Assembly (NCBI RefSeq): GCF_036321535.1
Contig: NC_087436.1
Span: forward strand, 59,708,001-59,772,000
Direction of reading: 5' to 3'
Length of the DNA stretch: 64,000 nucleotides
Source of the DNA: Camelus dromedarius
Taxonomy: Eukaryota
Shown: one piece after another, positions 49,431-62,958 of the stretch
Layout of the letters: the number at the start of each line of letters is the position of its first letter
How positions within the stretch are numbered: position 1 is the first letter of the stretch
Notes under the pieces: model-generated
Told to the model about the DNA's origin: nothing
Seen by the model: only the letters and a program-made list of their open reading frames with translations
Databases searched by the model: none
Translations under genes and position numbers: made by a program

Positions 49431-50634
49431 TATGAATGACCTATTATGCAACTTTGTAAAAATTATATTTTTCTCAGTAATCTAGGTAACATCACACACA
49501 AAGACATTCACAAAAAAAAGTAGCCTTTTGAGTTCACTAAGTTAGGGTAATCCACTGGTTTAGTTTAGCATCAATAAACTGAAATTCAATTGATCTCTTG
49601 GGAGAAAAAAGGTCACAGATAATTTTCAAAGCAGAACTAACTGTTTAAACCTATGACATTACTTCAATCATTAAAGAAATGGCAAATCCAAAGTTCAACT
49701 GCAATCATGCTATGATGCCTTCCACTTAAAACAATCGTTCTGTATCTGCATTTGCCTCTTTTAGAATTGTGAATGAGAATTTGCACTATTGCTAAATTAT
49801 TTTTAGAGAAGTTTACTATACCTTAAAAAACAACTGTAGCAACACAGAAGAGCAGAACAATGAATCTGTTGCATCGGACGTTTCTTTAAATGTCCTCTTA
49901 TGGAATCTATCCAGAAGGCTCTGTTGGGCAACTCTTGTAATTAAAGATAATGACTATCATGCACATTTTTTCAAAATCTGAATTATGCACAGAGCATCTG
50001 TGAGATAGCTAGGTAGCATTCTCTAGTCAGATAAATGGCATTCAACGTGCTCAGTAGTACAATCACATTGGACAGGTATTCATCTTAGGTTAAACAGGGT
50101 GTTAAGGTAGTGATGAATTGCTTTGGCTTTCCTAAACTACAGAGTATAGAGCACACATCATACAAAATTTAGTGCACAAAACTTAAGGGTCCTTAGACAT
50201 CATAAATGTTTTATATCTTTAGTTGTCTCTACTTCTGTATAAATGGAGAGAAAATAAATATGAGTTACTATCAGAATTTGTGAACACAGAGAAGGAATCC
50301 AGATAAAAAAATTTAAACTCCATTAATACGTGTGTGTGTATAAAATTCAATTTTAATACTATATGGCATTTGTCACAAAAATGACAAGGTCTTTTTATTT
50401 ATGATTTGCTTCATGTTCTTTGTATACAAATTTACTACAAATAGGTAATATATACAAATAAAACGGATTAATTTCTGTTTGAGCATTCAGATATTTTACT
50501 TCTCCCTCCTTCCTTGTAATTGGTGTTACTTAATACACACAATCTTGAAAATCTGAGTTGTAAATAAAAATTTTACATAAAGAACATTTTTTCATGAATT
50601 GGTGAAACTACATGAACAAAACTCATCAACTTAC

Positions 50635-50737
50635 ATTTGACCCTTGAACAACATGGGTTTGAACTGCACAGGTCCGCTCATATGGGGATACTTTTTGATA
50701 GTAAATGCTATAGTACTATATAATTTGTGAGGTTGAA
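50635..50737 (+). mobile_element. Tigger2-type DNA transposon end fragment
   Basis: TA followed by catttgacccttgaacaacatgggtttgaactgcacaggtccgctcatatg, matching the recalled Tigger2 terminal sequence CAGTTGACCCTTGAACAACACGGG. Confidence 0.75.
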
Positions 50738-50859
50738 AATTTAATATATATATTCCCTTTTCTTCCTCAGAGTCTTCAGTGATCCTGCCCACCCCTTTGG
50801 CTTCAGCCACCTCCCTTCACAGGAACCCATACAGCTAACAGTCATTAACTACTTGTATG

Positions 50860-51200
50860 ACTTCACACAGACCGCACTCACTGCCACACTTCCACCATCT
50901 TTCTTTCTGCTCAGAATGGTCTTTCCCTATTCTAGCACAATCTCATTCATCATTAAAAATTCAGCTCAACTATTAGCCTTTCTGGGAAATCTGGAATCTC
51001 TTGGTCTATATTCAATGATTTTTTTTTTTTTTTGTATTTACTTAAAAACCTATTTTAACCCTCAACAATCTAGCCTGTAATAGGAGTTTGTTTCCTGGCC
51101 CACCCCTCATTAAAATGAAATTTCTTAAAGGAAAGAAACCATGGCTTAATTGACTTTGCAGCCTTGGCTATAGTGGAGTAACTGGCAGAGTAAATATTAA
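50860..51200 (+). mobile_element. L2 3' relic
   Basis: ctttctgctcagaatggtctttcc...tcattcatcattaaaaattcagctcaac...aaatttcttaaaggaaagaaaccatg. Confidence 0.5.
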
Positions 51201-53719
51201 AACAAAATGAAGAAAGAAAGAAGAAAGTTGTAGGAGTGGGGAAAAGTGGAAGAGGCCATATCTCTCCTTTAAATCTCTGCATCCCAGATCCTAACAAAGA
51301 GGAGTACAGAGCAATACTAAACAGAGCTCCAGATGTATTTCTTAATTGCCAAAGTTCTGGAAGTGATCCTTGGGTAAAGTATCTGTATATTAGGTGTTCA
51401 TAGGTCAAGAAATGTTTAAAGAAATGCAACATTAGGATGCCCGTTAGGGAGGCAGGAAAGAAATGTATCTCTCATTCTGTTTAAAATTTGCATATTTATG
51501 CACTGCTAATAAATGTATTAGGATTTATGCAGTGATTCAGAATCCTTTAAGGAGACCAAAGGCTATTTAAGAACCCATTTCTGTTAAAAACAGGTTTCCC
51601 AAAGGCCTTGTACAAGTTGTTAAATACTAAGCCAATTCAGGCTTGAGGTAGAAACACCTCTAAGAACATAGGAGAGACTTAATTAAGTGAGTTGGTGACA
51701 TGTTTGCTAAGAATTATGTTCCTGATTGGAAGGAAAGTTGGACAGAGGCATTATAGAGACTGCCGCAGACACAATAGGTTTCTGAGATTTTTTTCTTCCA
51801 CTTTTTATTTGGGCAAAGAAAGAAGCAAAGGCCACCAAAGAAGAATGAGAACAGTGAGATATTTCATAGAATAAAGGAAATTATTTTGTATTTATAAAAT
51901 GATTGGTCAGTTTCTTAGGTAGTGAGAAATATATATTGATCAATAGTACAATGTCATCATTAAAGCATTAGGAAGTGACACTGGCCAACAGAAAGCTTCT
52001 AATATCCAAGTTATAAGTGACTGTTTAAGAAATCATGAGTTAGGAATTTTCAGCTAATTTCCTACTTAAGAAAAATAGTTTCTAAACCTGGCATAAATTA
52101 ATTTTCTTCATTTTTAAATAGTTTAATAGGTTAAGTTGTAAAAGTTAATGCTATAATGAATATTTAAAAATTTTACACTTTTACTTCAATAACTACTTCA
52201 GTTCTTAGAGAAAATATCAAGGCCTTGATACTCTGCTTTGCTTTCTGTTTAAATAAGGCTTGTCATTATCATCCATGCAGCCCACACCTCAGGAACTACC
52301 GTTATTAGGTGACAAGTGATGTGTCTGTAGGCATAAGACACCAAAGAAAAATTAATCAGTATTTTTGGTGTGTTCCATAAATGCAGCTTTATTTGTGATG
52401 ATGTTTATACTTAAGGACCAAGCAATACGTCTTCTCAACTGCAGATGAACAACTTCCTAAATTATAGGGCTGTTTATATTCTATTGGTCAAATTTAATCC
52501 TGTTAAAAACAAACAAAAAAAGACATACACCTTGTTTGGAGACATTATGTCTTCAGATGCTTCTCATTTGCCTATAAAATGAGTATGTATGAAGTCCAGA
52601 CCTGCCCTAATTGATCTTTATGATCTACACAGAAGGTCAGGCTTGACACAAGCCCTAAAAGTATGATGGGTGCTCCGAAAAAGAAGAATCAGGTGGGAGG
52701 GGAAGCATACTTCAGGAGAACATGTTCTGATAAGCCAGAGTAACTTAGTGAAATGTCGAAAGGTCTGTTTTCTTCTTATTTATTTTCCTGTGTACTCTCA
52801 TTTTAAGCAAGGAACTAGGCTCATTTAAAGGACAGTCAATGTGAAACAGTGGACCTTTATAAAATTCTATGACTTTATAAAGTCCTAAACACTCTCAAAG
52901 GATAATGCTGAAGATATTGGAAAGTAACGAGAAAGTGAGAAAACATTTGAAAAGGAGGAAGTGAAGGTGATTCTTACTGTATATGGAATAAAAGCTATTT
53001 TGGTCCCATGAATAGAGAAGACTTGGTTCTTATTCCTGGCATCACTTGAGGAGGTGACAAAGCCTTAGTACCAAAGGGCTATCTTGTTCACTCTCGTCCT
53101 AAAAGGCTACATCCTAGGCAGAGGAGCTTCTAATCCCTCCTAAGGTGTCTGTGCCTCAAGCATGACATGAAATGGGCAAGGCCATGGGATCTAAATGGAC
53201 TGGAACAATGCATTTCTTATATGGTGCAGTGTGAACCAATTACCAATAACTAGATGGGCCTTTCCAATGGCCAAATAATTTGTGAAATCTTAGGGCATTT
53301 GTAAAGCTCTGAGGATGGGACAATCTGTGAATAACTGAAGTTCTGTCACTTATTATCTCTAAAGGATGCGTACTGGAGTTTAAATGAATTGAATCTAAAT
53401 AACATTAAAATTATTGTAATATTATTCTTGAATGCATCAGTTTGCCTTGTGGGTTCCTATAAATCATGGGGAGCTGCACAAAGCATGTGGAACCCATGGC
53501 TCTGCTCCCAGGTCTCCCCAGCTGTATAGGCTCGTATTCCACTGCTTGACCTCTCACTACCCATGAGACTGCCATAATTTAAGGTATCCAACAGTTGGAC
53601 CTAAGCCCCAGTGAAAGTAACAATGCAATCTAGGCAACACGTTGCCAGAGAGAGGGATGACAAAGGAAGCAACCATAACCTGTAGCTTTTTGTCAAAGTA
53701 AAACTGCTAGAGGAGCAGA

Positions 53720-54200
53720 TAGCACTTTGAAAAACAATAATATTTAAGGAGACTGAGACTCAACTATAGTCTTTCTAGAACTAAATAACCATATTGTAAC
53801 TTGTACATATTGTACACCTAAATATATTGAAAAACTTATGCAAGGCAATGGAAAAAGAAGATACTCTTTCCTGAGACCTAATTTAGTGATTGAAAGATTG
53901 AGCAAAAGAGAGAAATCAAAGCACAGAAAGAAAACAAAAAGATAAAAATCACACACACACATAAAAATAAGAGATTTGGAGAATAAATCCAGGAGGCATA
54001 ATTTTCAAATAACAGAATTTCCAGGCTGAGGGAAAGGAAGAGATGAAAGAGAAACAGTACTGTAATCATGTAATGACTTTTTTAAAAAATAAAAATAATA
54101 AATCCTGAACTGAAGAATGACTCATGCCTGCAAACTGAAAGAGCTCACTGAGTTCTAGGTAGGGTTGATGTAAGGGGATGCATAGCTAAGAATTCACACA
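53720..54200 (+). mobile_element. Ancient L1 ORF1-region fragment
   Basis: aaaataagagatttggagaataaatccaggagg...caaataacagaatttccagg...tcctgaactgaagaatgac...caaactgaaagagctcactgagttct. Confidence 0.55.
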
Positions 54201-54319
54201 TCTAAGCGATTTATGCATGTGGTTATCTTAGAATGGAAATATTTTAGATTATTTTGAATACTCATCTACACTATTGAGTATCCTCTTGTTTTTATTTATT
54301 TGTTTTACAAAAAAAATTA

Positions 54320-54781
54320 TACATCTATTTCCAATAGCTGATCTAACAAATGACTACAAATTTGATGGGTCAAAACAGAAATTTATTCTTTTACATTTCT
54401 GGAGAACAGAAGTCCAAAATCTGTATCACAAGGCTGAAATCAAAGTGATTGCAGGGTCACACTTTCTCTAATGGCTCCAGGGGAGAACCCACACCTTGCT
54501 TTTTCTAGGTTCTGGTGGCTGCTAACATTCAGAGGATTTCAGCTGCATCACTTCCACCTTGTCCTCTCTTATCACATTGCCTCCTCTGTTTGGGTCAAAT
54601 TTCTACTTCACTCGCAGAATCACATTTGTGACTGCATTTAGGATCAACCCTAATAAACTCCTCATTTCTAGATCATTAATTTTACCGCATTTGCAAATAA
54701 TCCTTTTTTCAAATAAAATAACATTTACAAGTTGGGATTAGGACATGATACCTTTGGGGAGCCATTTTCCAGCCTGCTACA
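54320..54781 (-). mobile_element. MaLR LTR (MLT1C/D-like)
   Basis: taacaaatgactacaaatttgatgggtcaaaacagaaatttattc...aggctgaaatcaaagtg...ggattaggacatg...ctttggggagccattttccagcctgctaca. Confidence 0.8.
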
Positions 54782-55709
54782 ATATGTAACTTTTTATATT
54801 ATAAAAATGATAGATTTTTTTCAGAATGAAATAACAAAAATGATTTGGGCTTTTATAGAAAAACTATTATTGGAAGTCATTAATTTTTGTTAAAGGAGGT
54901 GAGAGACATGATCAAATTTTCATAACTATGGCTACATTACAGACAATTGTTTTGGTTGGGTTTTGGTACAAAAGATGGTACTAGGCAGACAGGTAGAAGT
55001 CTACTGCAGTCCTAGAGGAGCACAGAGAGTGATTCAGACTAGGAAGAAGCCACAAGTGAAGTTTTCATGTAACTAAAGTTTAAAATGTTAAACATATGTA
55101 GGTAGTTTTTGAAATTACTCTCTTTATATGTTTTTGTATCCCCTAGCCTTCTAGAACAATTATTTGACTATAATTTGACTACTTCTTGATTATTCTTAGT
55201 TTCCTTGTGAAATGACTGATGCTTTGGTGTCTTCTCTTGTTGTGACCCATCTCCTCTCATTCTGACTGTTGACAACAGTCTAAAATTCACTTCATCTCTA
55301 ACCTGCAATTCTCAAAAAGAACTGGAAGGAAAATCAGTAAGCCTATCTTTTAAATTCAGTTATTTAATGATGCCCCAAGTCAAGGTACTGCTATTAAGGA
55401 AGCTCTGCATCAGTTTCTTTCCCAATTCAATCTCAATTTAGGATAATGTTTATAGATGCTGAGTCATGAAAATGGCCTTCTTCAGACCCAACAGACTAAA
55501 TACGTGCATTGTTGTTGTCATTTTAAATTATCTTCTTGGAGAACATTGGCAACTGGAGAGTTGATTAGTTGGAAATTATACATACCCATCTGATAATTAG
55601 GAGGACAGGAGATATGATGTAGCAAGCTATAACTACATTATTTATTCACTGAATGATTCTCTAGTCATAAAATTTGACTTCCCAATTGATGGCTAAACTC
55701 TGTGTTTCC

Positions 55710-56400
55710 CCCATTCATTTATCTTCTTATTTCTTACAAAATATTCATCAGGCACCTGTTAAATTCCAAGTAGTGTCATCAGATAAAGACACAAAGATGA
55801 ATAAGATAAAATTGCTGGTATCATTGACTTTAGAGTATTATGGTACAGTGATTTTTTAAAATAAAGAGCTAAAGCACAATTAGATAATTGCTACCATAGG
55901 TGAAACCCTAAGGTACTGTACAAGTGTGTGGGCAGAGAGTCTAACTATAGTCAGTAACAACAGAGCAACTACCACGTGACAGGGAACTGTGCTGGGGGCT
56001 TTACATGTGTCATTTAAACTTAATTTACAGAGCCTTATAGACTAGGTGTTGTTATTGGTCATTTCACATATTCGGATTCATGCAGCTAATTCTTATTGTT
56101 CCTTCAATGTCAGCTTAAACACCACTTTCTTCAGGGCTTTCTGATTATGAAAACAGATTAAGCACCCTCTGCTCTTTATTGCTGAAGTTCTCTATACTTC
56201 ACACTATGAGTATTTGTTTACTGTTTGTATTCACGAAAACGGAAGGTTTCATGAGGACAGAGATCTTGTCTGACTTATTAATTTTATATCCTCAGGCATA
56301 GAACTCCTTCATAAGTGAGTGAATATATAAACAAACTTATCTGTAGGCACAAAACAAGAAATAGAACAAGGATTCAACCTAGATCTATTTCTAAAACCCT
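55710..56400. mobile_element. L2/MIR fragment cluster
   Basis: L2 end(-) ~55712-55860; MIR(-) ~55950-56070 (gcaactaccacgtgacagggaactgtgctgggggctttacatg); L2(+) ~56085-56325. Confidence 0.55.
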
Positions 56401-57399
56401 GTCTTTTTATTCACAAGAACATTCTGTTCCTTAAAGGGATAGAACATTTCTATTTGTTTAAACTGTAATTTTTTCTTAAATTGAAAGTCTGCTAGTTTTT
56501 TTTTTACTAATTGGCTATTATCAATAGTTTGCCAATAATAAGTCAAACAAAGTACTTGTTCATTGTCTTAAATGAATTAGAAACAGTATTATCAAGTTTA
56601 CTTTTAGTCATTTTTCAAATGTCAATAGTTAACAATATATTAATTGGATAACTATGATAATAAATGTTGTAAAAGATCCAGAATGACAAGATAACAATTC
56701 AAATTACTGAAGAAGAGTGCCAGTTTTATATGATAGGGAAATATATATGATCTCACATCTGCCCCTTCTAGATGTTAATGGTAAAAATCTTATTAATAGT
56801 AGCATTAAGTCATATGTGAAAAAAAGAATGAAATAATGTAAAGTCAGCATTCATATTGTAAGTGAGCATAACATTTTAACTTGAGTATATTTTAAAGTAG
56901 TTTTCTGGTTAAAATTACAGTCACTTTTTCACCCCAAAAGCAGCCTATATTACTTCATTTACTAATTTATTCACTATACATCAGCATGTCTTATTCTAAA
57001 TAGCCAATAATTACTGCTTGAAAGACCACTTTAGCTTGGTACATTATCCTCATAGTAAGACTAAACAAATCCATATTTATAAGGTTTCTTAGTGAACTAT
57101 TTATACTTCATTTATAATCTTTTATAATATTAGAACATAATAATCTTAAAGAAAATTCATATTATGACATTTAAGTAGTTCTATACAGCTATTTTAAACA
57201 TTAAAGTGTACTTTTCTCTAACTTAAACTGCTGACCTTTTTTTAAATTTGTGAAATCAGCTAAGTTTGCTCTTGGTCTATTCATCATTGCTTTTTTACTA
57301 ATACACATTTGTGGTGTATGTATAGTGGTGGTAAAGAGAATGTTGAAAAGAATTAAATCTGTTTTGTGTATAAAGACACAGATTTTCTATTTCTGAATA

Positions 57400-57510
57400 G
57401 AAATATACATACATATATACACATTTAATTCACTTATGTGTATATATACACTTAATACATTTATATGTACATACAATTAAATACATATTTATATAAGATA
57501 TATATACATT
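57400..57510. repeat. Degenerate (TA/CA)n AT-rich simple repeat
   Basis: atatacatacatatatacac...gtgtatatatacac...atataagatatatatac. Confidence 0.75.
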
Positions 57511-57934
57511 TAGAAATGCTTAGTATTTAATAGGCTTAATAATGTTTATGTATAGATCATAGTTTCACTTTTCCAAGATGTTTCAGAAATTCATGAATTC
57601 AGGTTTTCTCCTTGACTTAAATTTAAAGGTAGTATGTGGACATTTAGGAAAAAGCAATTACAATTTATAACCATGAGATCAAGTTTATAGGAAAATTCAT
57701 TATTTTGTGCAACCAGATTATTTCAATAGTATTTTGTACATATGAAAACACTAGTATCATAGAGATTTGTAAATTCCGGCACCAGGTCTTCTCTGTCCTT
57801 GATAAAGGTACAGTCTACCCTGAAGTTCCTCTCTCACAGAAAGGCTATACATACAAAGTAAAACATCAGAGAACTTGTCATTCCAATAGCTGTTTCCGAG
57901 AAGTTCCTTATTTATAGGTGTTGTTTTGTTATAT

Positions 57935-58647
57935 CAGGTGTTTCTGTGATGCTGGGGTAGGAGCAGCTTGGCCCTCAAGCTGACCTTGGCAGAAGCATCA
58001 GAAGAGACTGTTCATGAGGGCACTAACTTTGGCATTTTATACTAAATAGCAACTTGCCAAATCAATAAAAATGTCTCTCAACATTTTGAATATCAACCAT
58101 CCCAAATGTATGTAGAAGAGTAGGTATTAGGTATCAGAGAAGCATACAAGCATCAGCGAAGACAGGACATGATGGGAATTACACGACCACAGAAGCCAAT
58201 CCTAAGCAGAAGTCATGGGCTAGAAACAAAGGAAAATTGAGAGAAGTTAGGCAGTAGTGGAGAAGACAAAGCAGGTAAGGAAAAGCAGCACAGAAGAGGA
58301 AGAGTAAAGAGCATGGCAGACTATGTGGTGACTGTTCAACATCAGACCACGAGAACCACAGTGAGTACTAGACGGTGATGATTTTCCAGTTTGCCAGAAG
58401 TTCTCTGTTGAATCACCTTGCACCAGTTTGCAACAGTTGACTGTGCGCATCCTTTCCGAACTCCAAGTTCAGTGACCTGGTAGCTTGAAACTGCATTTAC
58501 CAGTAACCACTGGTTCTGCTTATTTTGTTTCTGAAATTATTATTTTCCTCCTTAATTCTCTGTTTTATTTATATAATAAACCCACTTTTACTAAAGTAGC
58601 TTGAGTTACTTTTTCTATTACCCAACATCCTAAAAACACTGAATGCA
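57935..58647 (+). mobile_element. Probable very old LTR, family uncertain
   Basis: Purine-rich body ending ataataaacccacttttactaaagtagcttgagttactttttctattac...actgaatgca, typical of ancient ERVL/Gypsy-like LTR 3' ends. Confidence 0.4.
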
Positions 58648-59406
58648 ATTTTCTAGTTATCCTTCCCATTCAGTGAGATTTACTGAAAGTCTATTATAAA
58701 TTAGGCACTGTAGACAATTCATTATGCACAACTGATTCTGAGATAAGTAAGATATCATAGTTATCATCAGATCAATCACAGTCTAATGGAAAAGCATAAG
58801 AAATTATTCCACTGCACTCTCATAGGTACTATAATTGAGCTTGTTTTGAGAGGTACAGAGGAAAAGCACAGAAGAAAGATACAGAGCACTGTTTGGGGGA
58901 AGCGTTGGTGTCTGGAAATATTAGCAAAAAATATTGATAGTGGATCTTTGACTTAAGGATGACTAATCCTTGATCATACAAATGACTTACGAGGAGGTAC
59001 AAGTTGTTCTAACAGAGGGAAAAAAAAGGATTTAAAAGAAAGAGAAAGGAGGGAGGATGTAGACTGGTACTAAAAGATCATGATGAAATGGGAAAAAAAT
59101 TCAGATATCATAGTCTGAAATGTTAGTAAGTCCCCTCTCCCCCCAGTTTATCCTCCCCAACCATTACCATGAGACAAAACTTCTTTCAATTCACTATCTT
59201 AGTCAACCTATTATAGTATTTTTGTATTATTTTCTTATTCAACACACTATATCTTCCTCACTTTAGCATCCTTTACAGGACCTGACACAACACTCTGTGG
59301 TTAAAAAGGCCAAGTATATATATCCGTTGACTTGAACATAATGATGTAAAATCATTGAGCACATGTTGGAAAGCACACACTAAAAAAAACATGTTTGGTT
59401 TGGCAT

Positions 59407-59868
59407 TGATGGGGTTCAGGACACGCCACCCTCAAATATGACACACTGGCACAAATTGAAGAATTTGAGAAAGGCATGTGCAGGAAGGACATTCTGAACT
59501 TCCTTTGAAGGTTCCTGTGAGAGGTGCCCTCCCTATACCTGGGGAAAAGAGCATCCTTACCTCTGAAGAAAAGAGACCCAGACACAAGCAGGATTGCTCA
59601 GTTTCCCCCAATTTACTACACTCACCTCAGACTCTGTCCTATCATATCACAGCTTTCCATTCTTTATCAAACCTAGTCTAAAAACATTTGTTTTTAATTA
59701 TTTATTTGTGTCTTCATTTCCTTATGAAGGCCTATGTCATGTAAAGCTTAGCTTAAATAAATTTATATGCTTTATATATAAATTTATATTTCTTTAATCT
59801 GTCTGATACAGGGATTCTAGTCAAGAGCTTAGACAAGCAAAGGAAAGGAATATTTATTGTCCGCCATA
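59407..59868 (+). mobile_element. ERV1 solo LTR (MER34/MER39-like)
   Basis: Starts tgatggggttcaggacacgccaccctcaaatatgacac; contains cttaaataaatttatatgcttt; 4-bp TSD GCAT (59403-59406 / 59869-59872). Confidence 0.8.
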
Positions 59869-60498
59869 GCATCATAAATAGTTAAGATCATTTATTGTAG
59901 GAATTAGTAAAATTAAGTATAGGGTGCACAGTAGATTTCATAACTGCTATCTAAATTGTATTTATGGAATTCAATCTATTTGGATTTTTTTGAGAAATTA
60001 TCACACACTTATCAGTGCATTTAAATATTTGTATATTGGATGATAACCATTTTATTTTTTCCCTAATATAAAAGTTTCATGTTTTTTATTCTATCATAAA
60101 TATATTTTAAATTAGTAAGCAATTTCCCCATTAGCATATGAAAGATAAAAAGCATGAAAAATTCTGCTTCATTTTACATCTCTATTTTTTCAACTACAAA
60201 AATATAATTCAGTTCTTTTTTCTTGATGGGAGAAAAAGGGGCTGGTTCTTCATAGAACAAATAGGGGCTATCGCAGACTCAGTAGTCTTCCTTCCCACTT
60301 TGAGCTTTGCCTACTTTGCGCTTTATACAACTTTCATTTAAATGTAGAAGGAAGTATCAAAATTTCAAAGGAAAAACTCCATATAGCCTCTTTAATGCTC
60401 TCCCTGGCTCAGCTCAGCACTGTTAAAACTGAAACAGACATCCAACAGCTAGTCCTTTGCCTGTGTACCTAGAGTCCCCCTTGCAACTAGTTCCCTTG

Positions 60499-60627
60499 TC
60501 TTTTGGCTTGTTTTGTTTGTGTTATGAGAGGGTGATAATTGGGTTTATTCATTTATTTCTATTTGGAGGATTAAACCTGGGACCTCGTGCATGTCAAGCA
60601 TGCGCTCTTACCACTTGAGCTATACCC
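60499..60627 (-). mobile_element. tRNA-Ala-derived SINE (camelid type) with perfect long TSD
   Basis: Reverse complement gggTATAGCTCAAGTGGtaagagcgcatgcttgacatgcacgaggtcccaGGTTTAATCC; TSD TTGCAACTAGTTCCCTTG at 60481-60498 and 60628-60645. Confidence 0.9.
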
Positions 60628-62271
60628 TTGCAACTAGTTCCCTTGATGTGAATTCTGTGCTCACTTTTAACCTGGCAGTTTTCTGCTCCCTTGGTTCCAT
60701 GAATCGAGTGGCCAAGACTCTGGAACACTACCTAGAACAAGGGTTTTATTATTTTTCACCAATCCCACTTTAAAAGGGGGACAAAAATACTAACAAACCA
60801 AGATAAATCTTTATATAAAAGAAAAAATATTTTTTTTTATGGTAAGAAGAGAAAAAAGATTACCTTCAAATTACTTAAAGTTTTAATCTGGGTTTAAATT
60901 TGAGTCTTCATAAATTTATTTTTAGTTTAAATAATACATTCATATCAGTGGAAAAATATATTAAAGCATCCTCTGTGTTCCTCATTTTATCACTTTAACC
61001 TGACATTCTACTTTACTTTCAAGAAGCACTTAGTGAAACTTAAGAAGTACTTTTTGAAGTAAGTACTTTATTAAGTACTTACTGAAAATCTAAAATATGA
61101 AAGGAATGTTGCTAGGTATTTTGGAGGATATAACATATATATGTGGTCCTTGTCCTCTAGCAGCTCAAACTTTGACATGAGAACTGGGAATATAATTAAT
61201 TTGTAAAATTTTTCAATTCTTGTAAAAATTATAAGAAAATTCATGTGTGTATCATAAGTACATCAGAATTTTAAATAGAGGATATTTGGCACATGACATA
61301 AAGCTGTCAGTAATAACTGGATGTATTACATAGTAATGTCATAAAAAAAAAATCTGTATTGTTCAGAAACTTAGACACTAAAAAAGACCATAGTAGCTAA
61401 GATCATTTCAAAAATTTAAATTGATTATTTTGATGCATGTTATTCTTCAAGAATCATGCCTTGAAATCTTGAAGAGTTGCTTGTATTTCTATGTATAGGA
61501 GTTGAATATAGAGACAAATGTTGTATTAATGAAATCATTAAAAGTTATACAAACCAGGAGATGATTTGGAATTGGAATTTGGCATTTGAAATTAAATATT
61601 AAATATTTTCATATTAAATAATTTCTTATGTATTTTTAAACTTGGTTTTTAGGTAAAATCAGAACATATTCTGAGTCAAATGGGAATACATATTTTAGAA
61701 ATGTTAAGTTCCACACTGCATATAATTTAGTCAAGAGAGCAAGTATTATTGGATTTTTTTTCTCTGTGTTTAACTGATAGCCATTTTACTCACAAATTAC
61801 TTTAGGAGGATCAAGTTTTTGTTTTATTTAATACAAATCACAGTTAACAGTGTTTGCATTGCTAATAGTACTCTTTTAAAGTGTGTTGATACCTCAGTTG
61901 GGTTTTCTTTCAAATGTAAGTTGGCAAATTAGCCATTTATGTTCATTTTTCTTGTTTTTAAAATATCTGCAGAAATGCTGTCAACACAAGAAGACAAGGC
62001 TTCTCCAGCTTTTTAGCATCTGCCAGAATAAGGTGCTAATGGAATCAAGCTAGTAGGTTTGAGTCATTTGAATCCAAATTTACAAAGTATTTACTGACTA
62101 ACTATTGTGTAAAATACACTGCTAGATGGTAATGCAAATTACAGAGAGGGCACAATAATGTGATATATGGGGGTGGAGTGTATAGAAAGACATGGGAAAA
62201 ATAACGTGTTAATAGCTGTGTCAATGGTAGAAAAAGTTCTATAAGAAACTCAGAGATGTATTTGAAATATT

Positions 62272-62759
62272 CTGTTATTCATCTGTCAGTATCCACTCCC
62301 CCTTCTTCCTAGTAAAACAGCCCTGATGTTATTTCAAATAGCAATGTATATATTAAAGGAGTATACTTTTCCAGTCTTCTTCGCTGTGAGGTCTGGCCAA
62401 TGACACATAAGCGAAAGTGTTGCGTGGTGTTTCCAAAGCGGCTCCTCACATGAAGCAACTCACATGATGAGTATGTCTCTCTGCTCCTTCCCCAATTCCT
62501 CCCTACTACTACCTGGAATTTTGCTTTAAAACAAGAATTCCACCAGACTGAAGTGGCCTTTATTATAGAAGCTGGAGACAGAACAGAACAATAACAGGAG
62601 TCAGCGTCCCATCCAATTTCCAGGAGTAGCCCTGGAAATGTCTGGGCTGCTACGTCCAGAACTATTTTACGCAGAAGAATAAACATGATTGGTGTTAAAT
62701 TACTGTTATTTTCTGCTTATGTTTTATTTTTGTAGCTGAACACAATTTCTAATTAAAAC
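62272..62759 (+). mobile_element. MaLR LTR (MLT1I/J-like)
   Basis: cagtatccactcccccttcttcctagtaaaacagccctg...gtgaggtctggccaatgacacataagcgaaagtg...aataaac...tgtagctgaacacaatttctaa. Confidence 0.7.
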
Positions 62760-62958
62760 CAGGTACCAAGAATGTTACCAAGATTTTCACATCAGAAAAA
62801 GATTAGATGCAGTTAATGGAAAGAAGGGATGTGTGAGAGAGTATTAAATGACTTTACAATAATGAGTTACTTCAAATCAAAAAAACTCAACTCTCTTTTT
62901 TTAGAAAAGGTTTTACCTTCAGCTATACACAATTATTTGACTAATTCTAGGTCACCCG

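Noticed and set aside
59555..59580. Minus-strand ctcttttcttcAG-AG-GTAAGG splice-like motif
   Set aside because: Lies inside an antisense MER34-like LTR; implies a 2-nt exon or weak GAG acceptor, with no other support.
61058..61083. 11-bp-stem hairpin agtaagtactt-tatt-aagtacttact
   Set aside because: Built from a repeated AT-rich palindrome AAGTACTT; too short for a miRNA precursor and likely slippage-derived.
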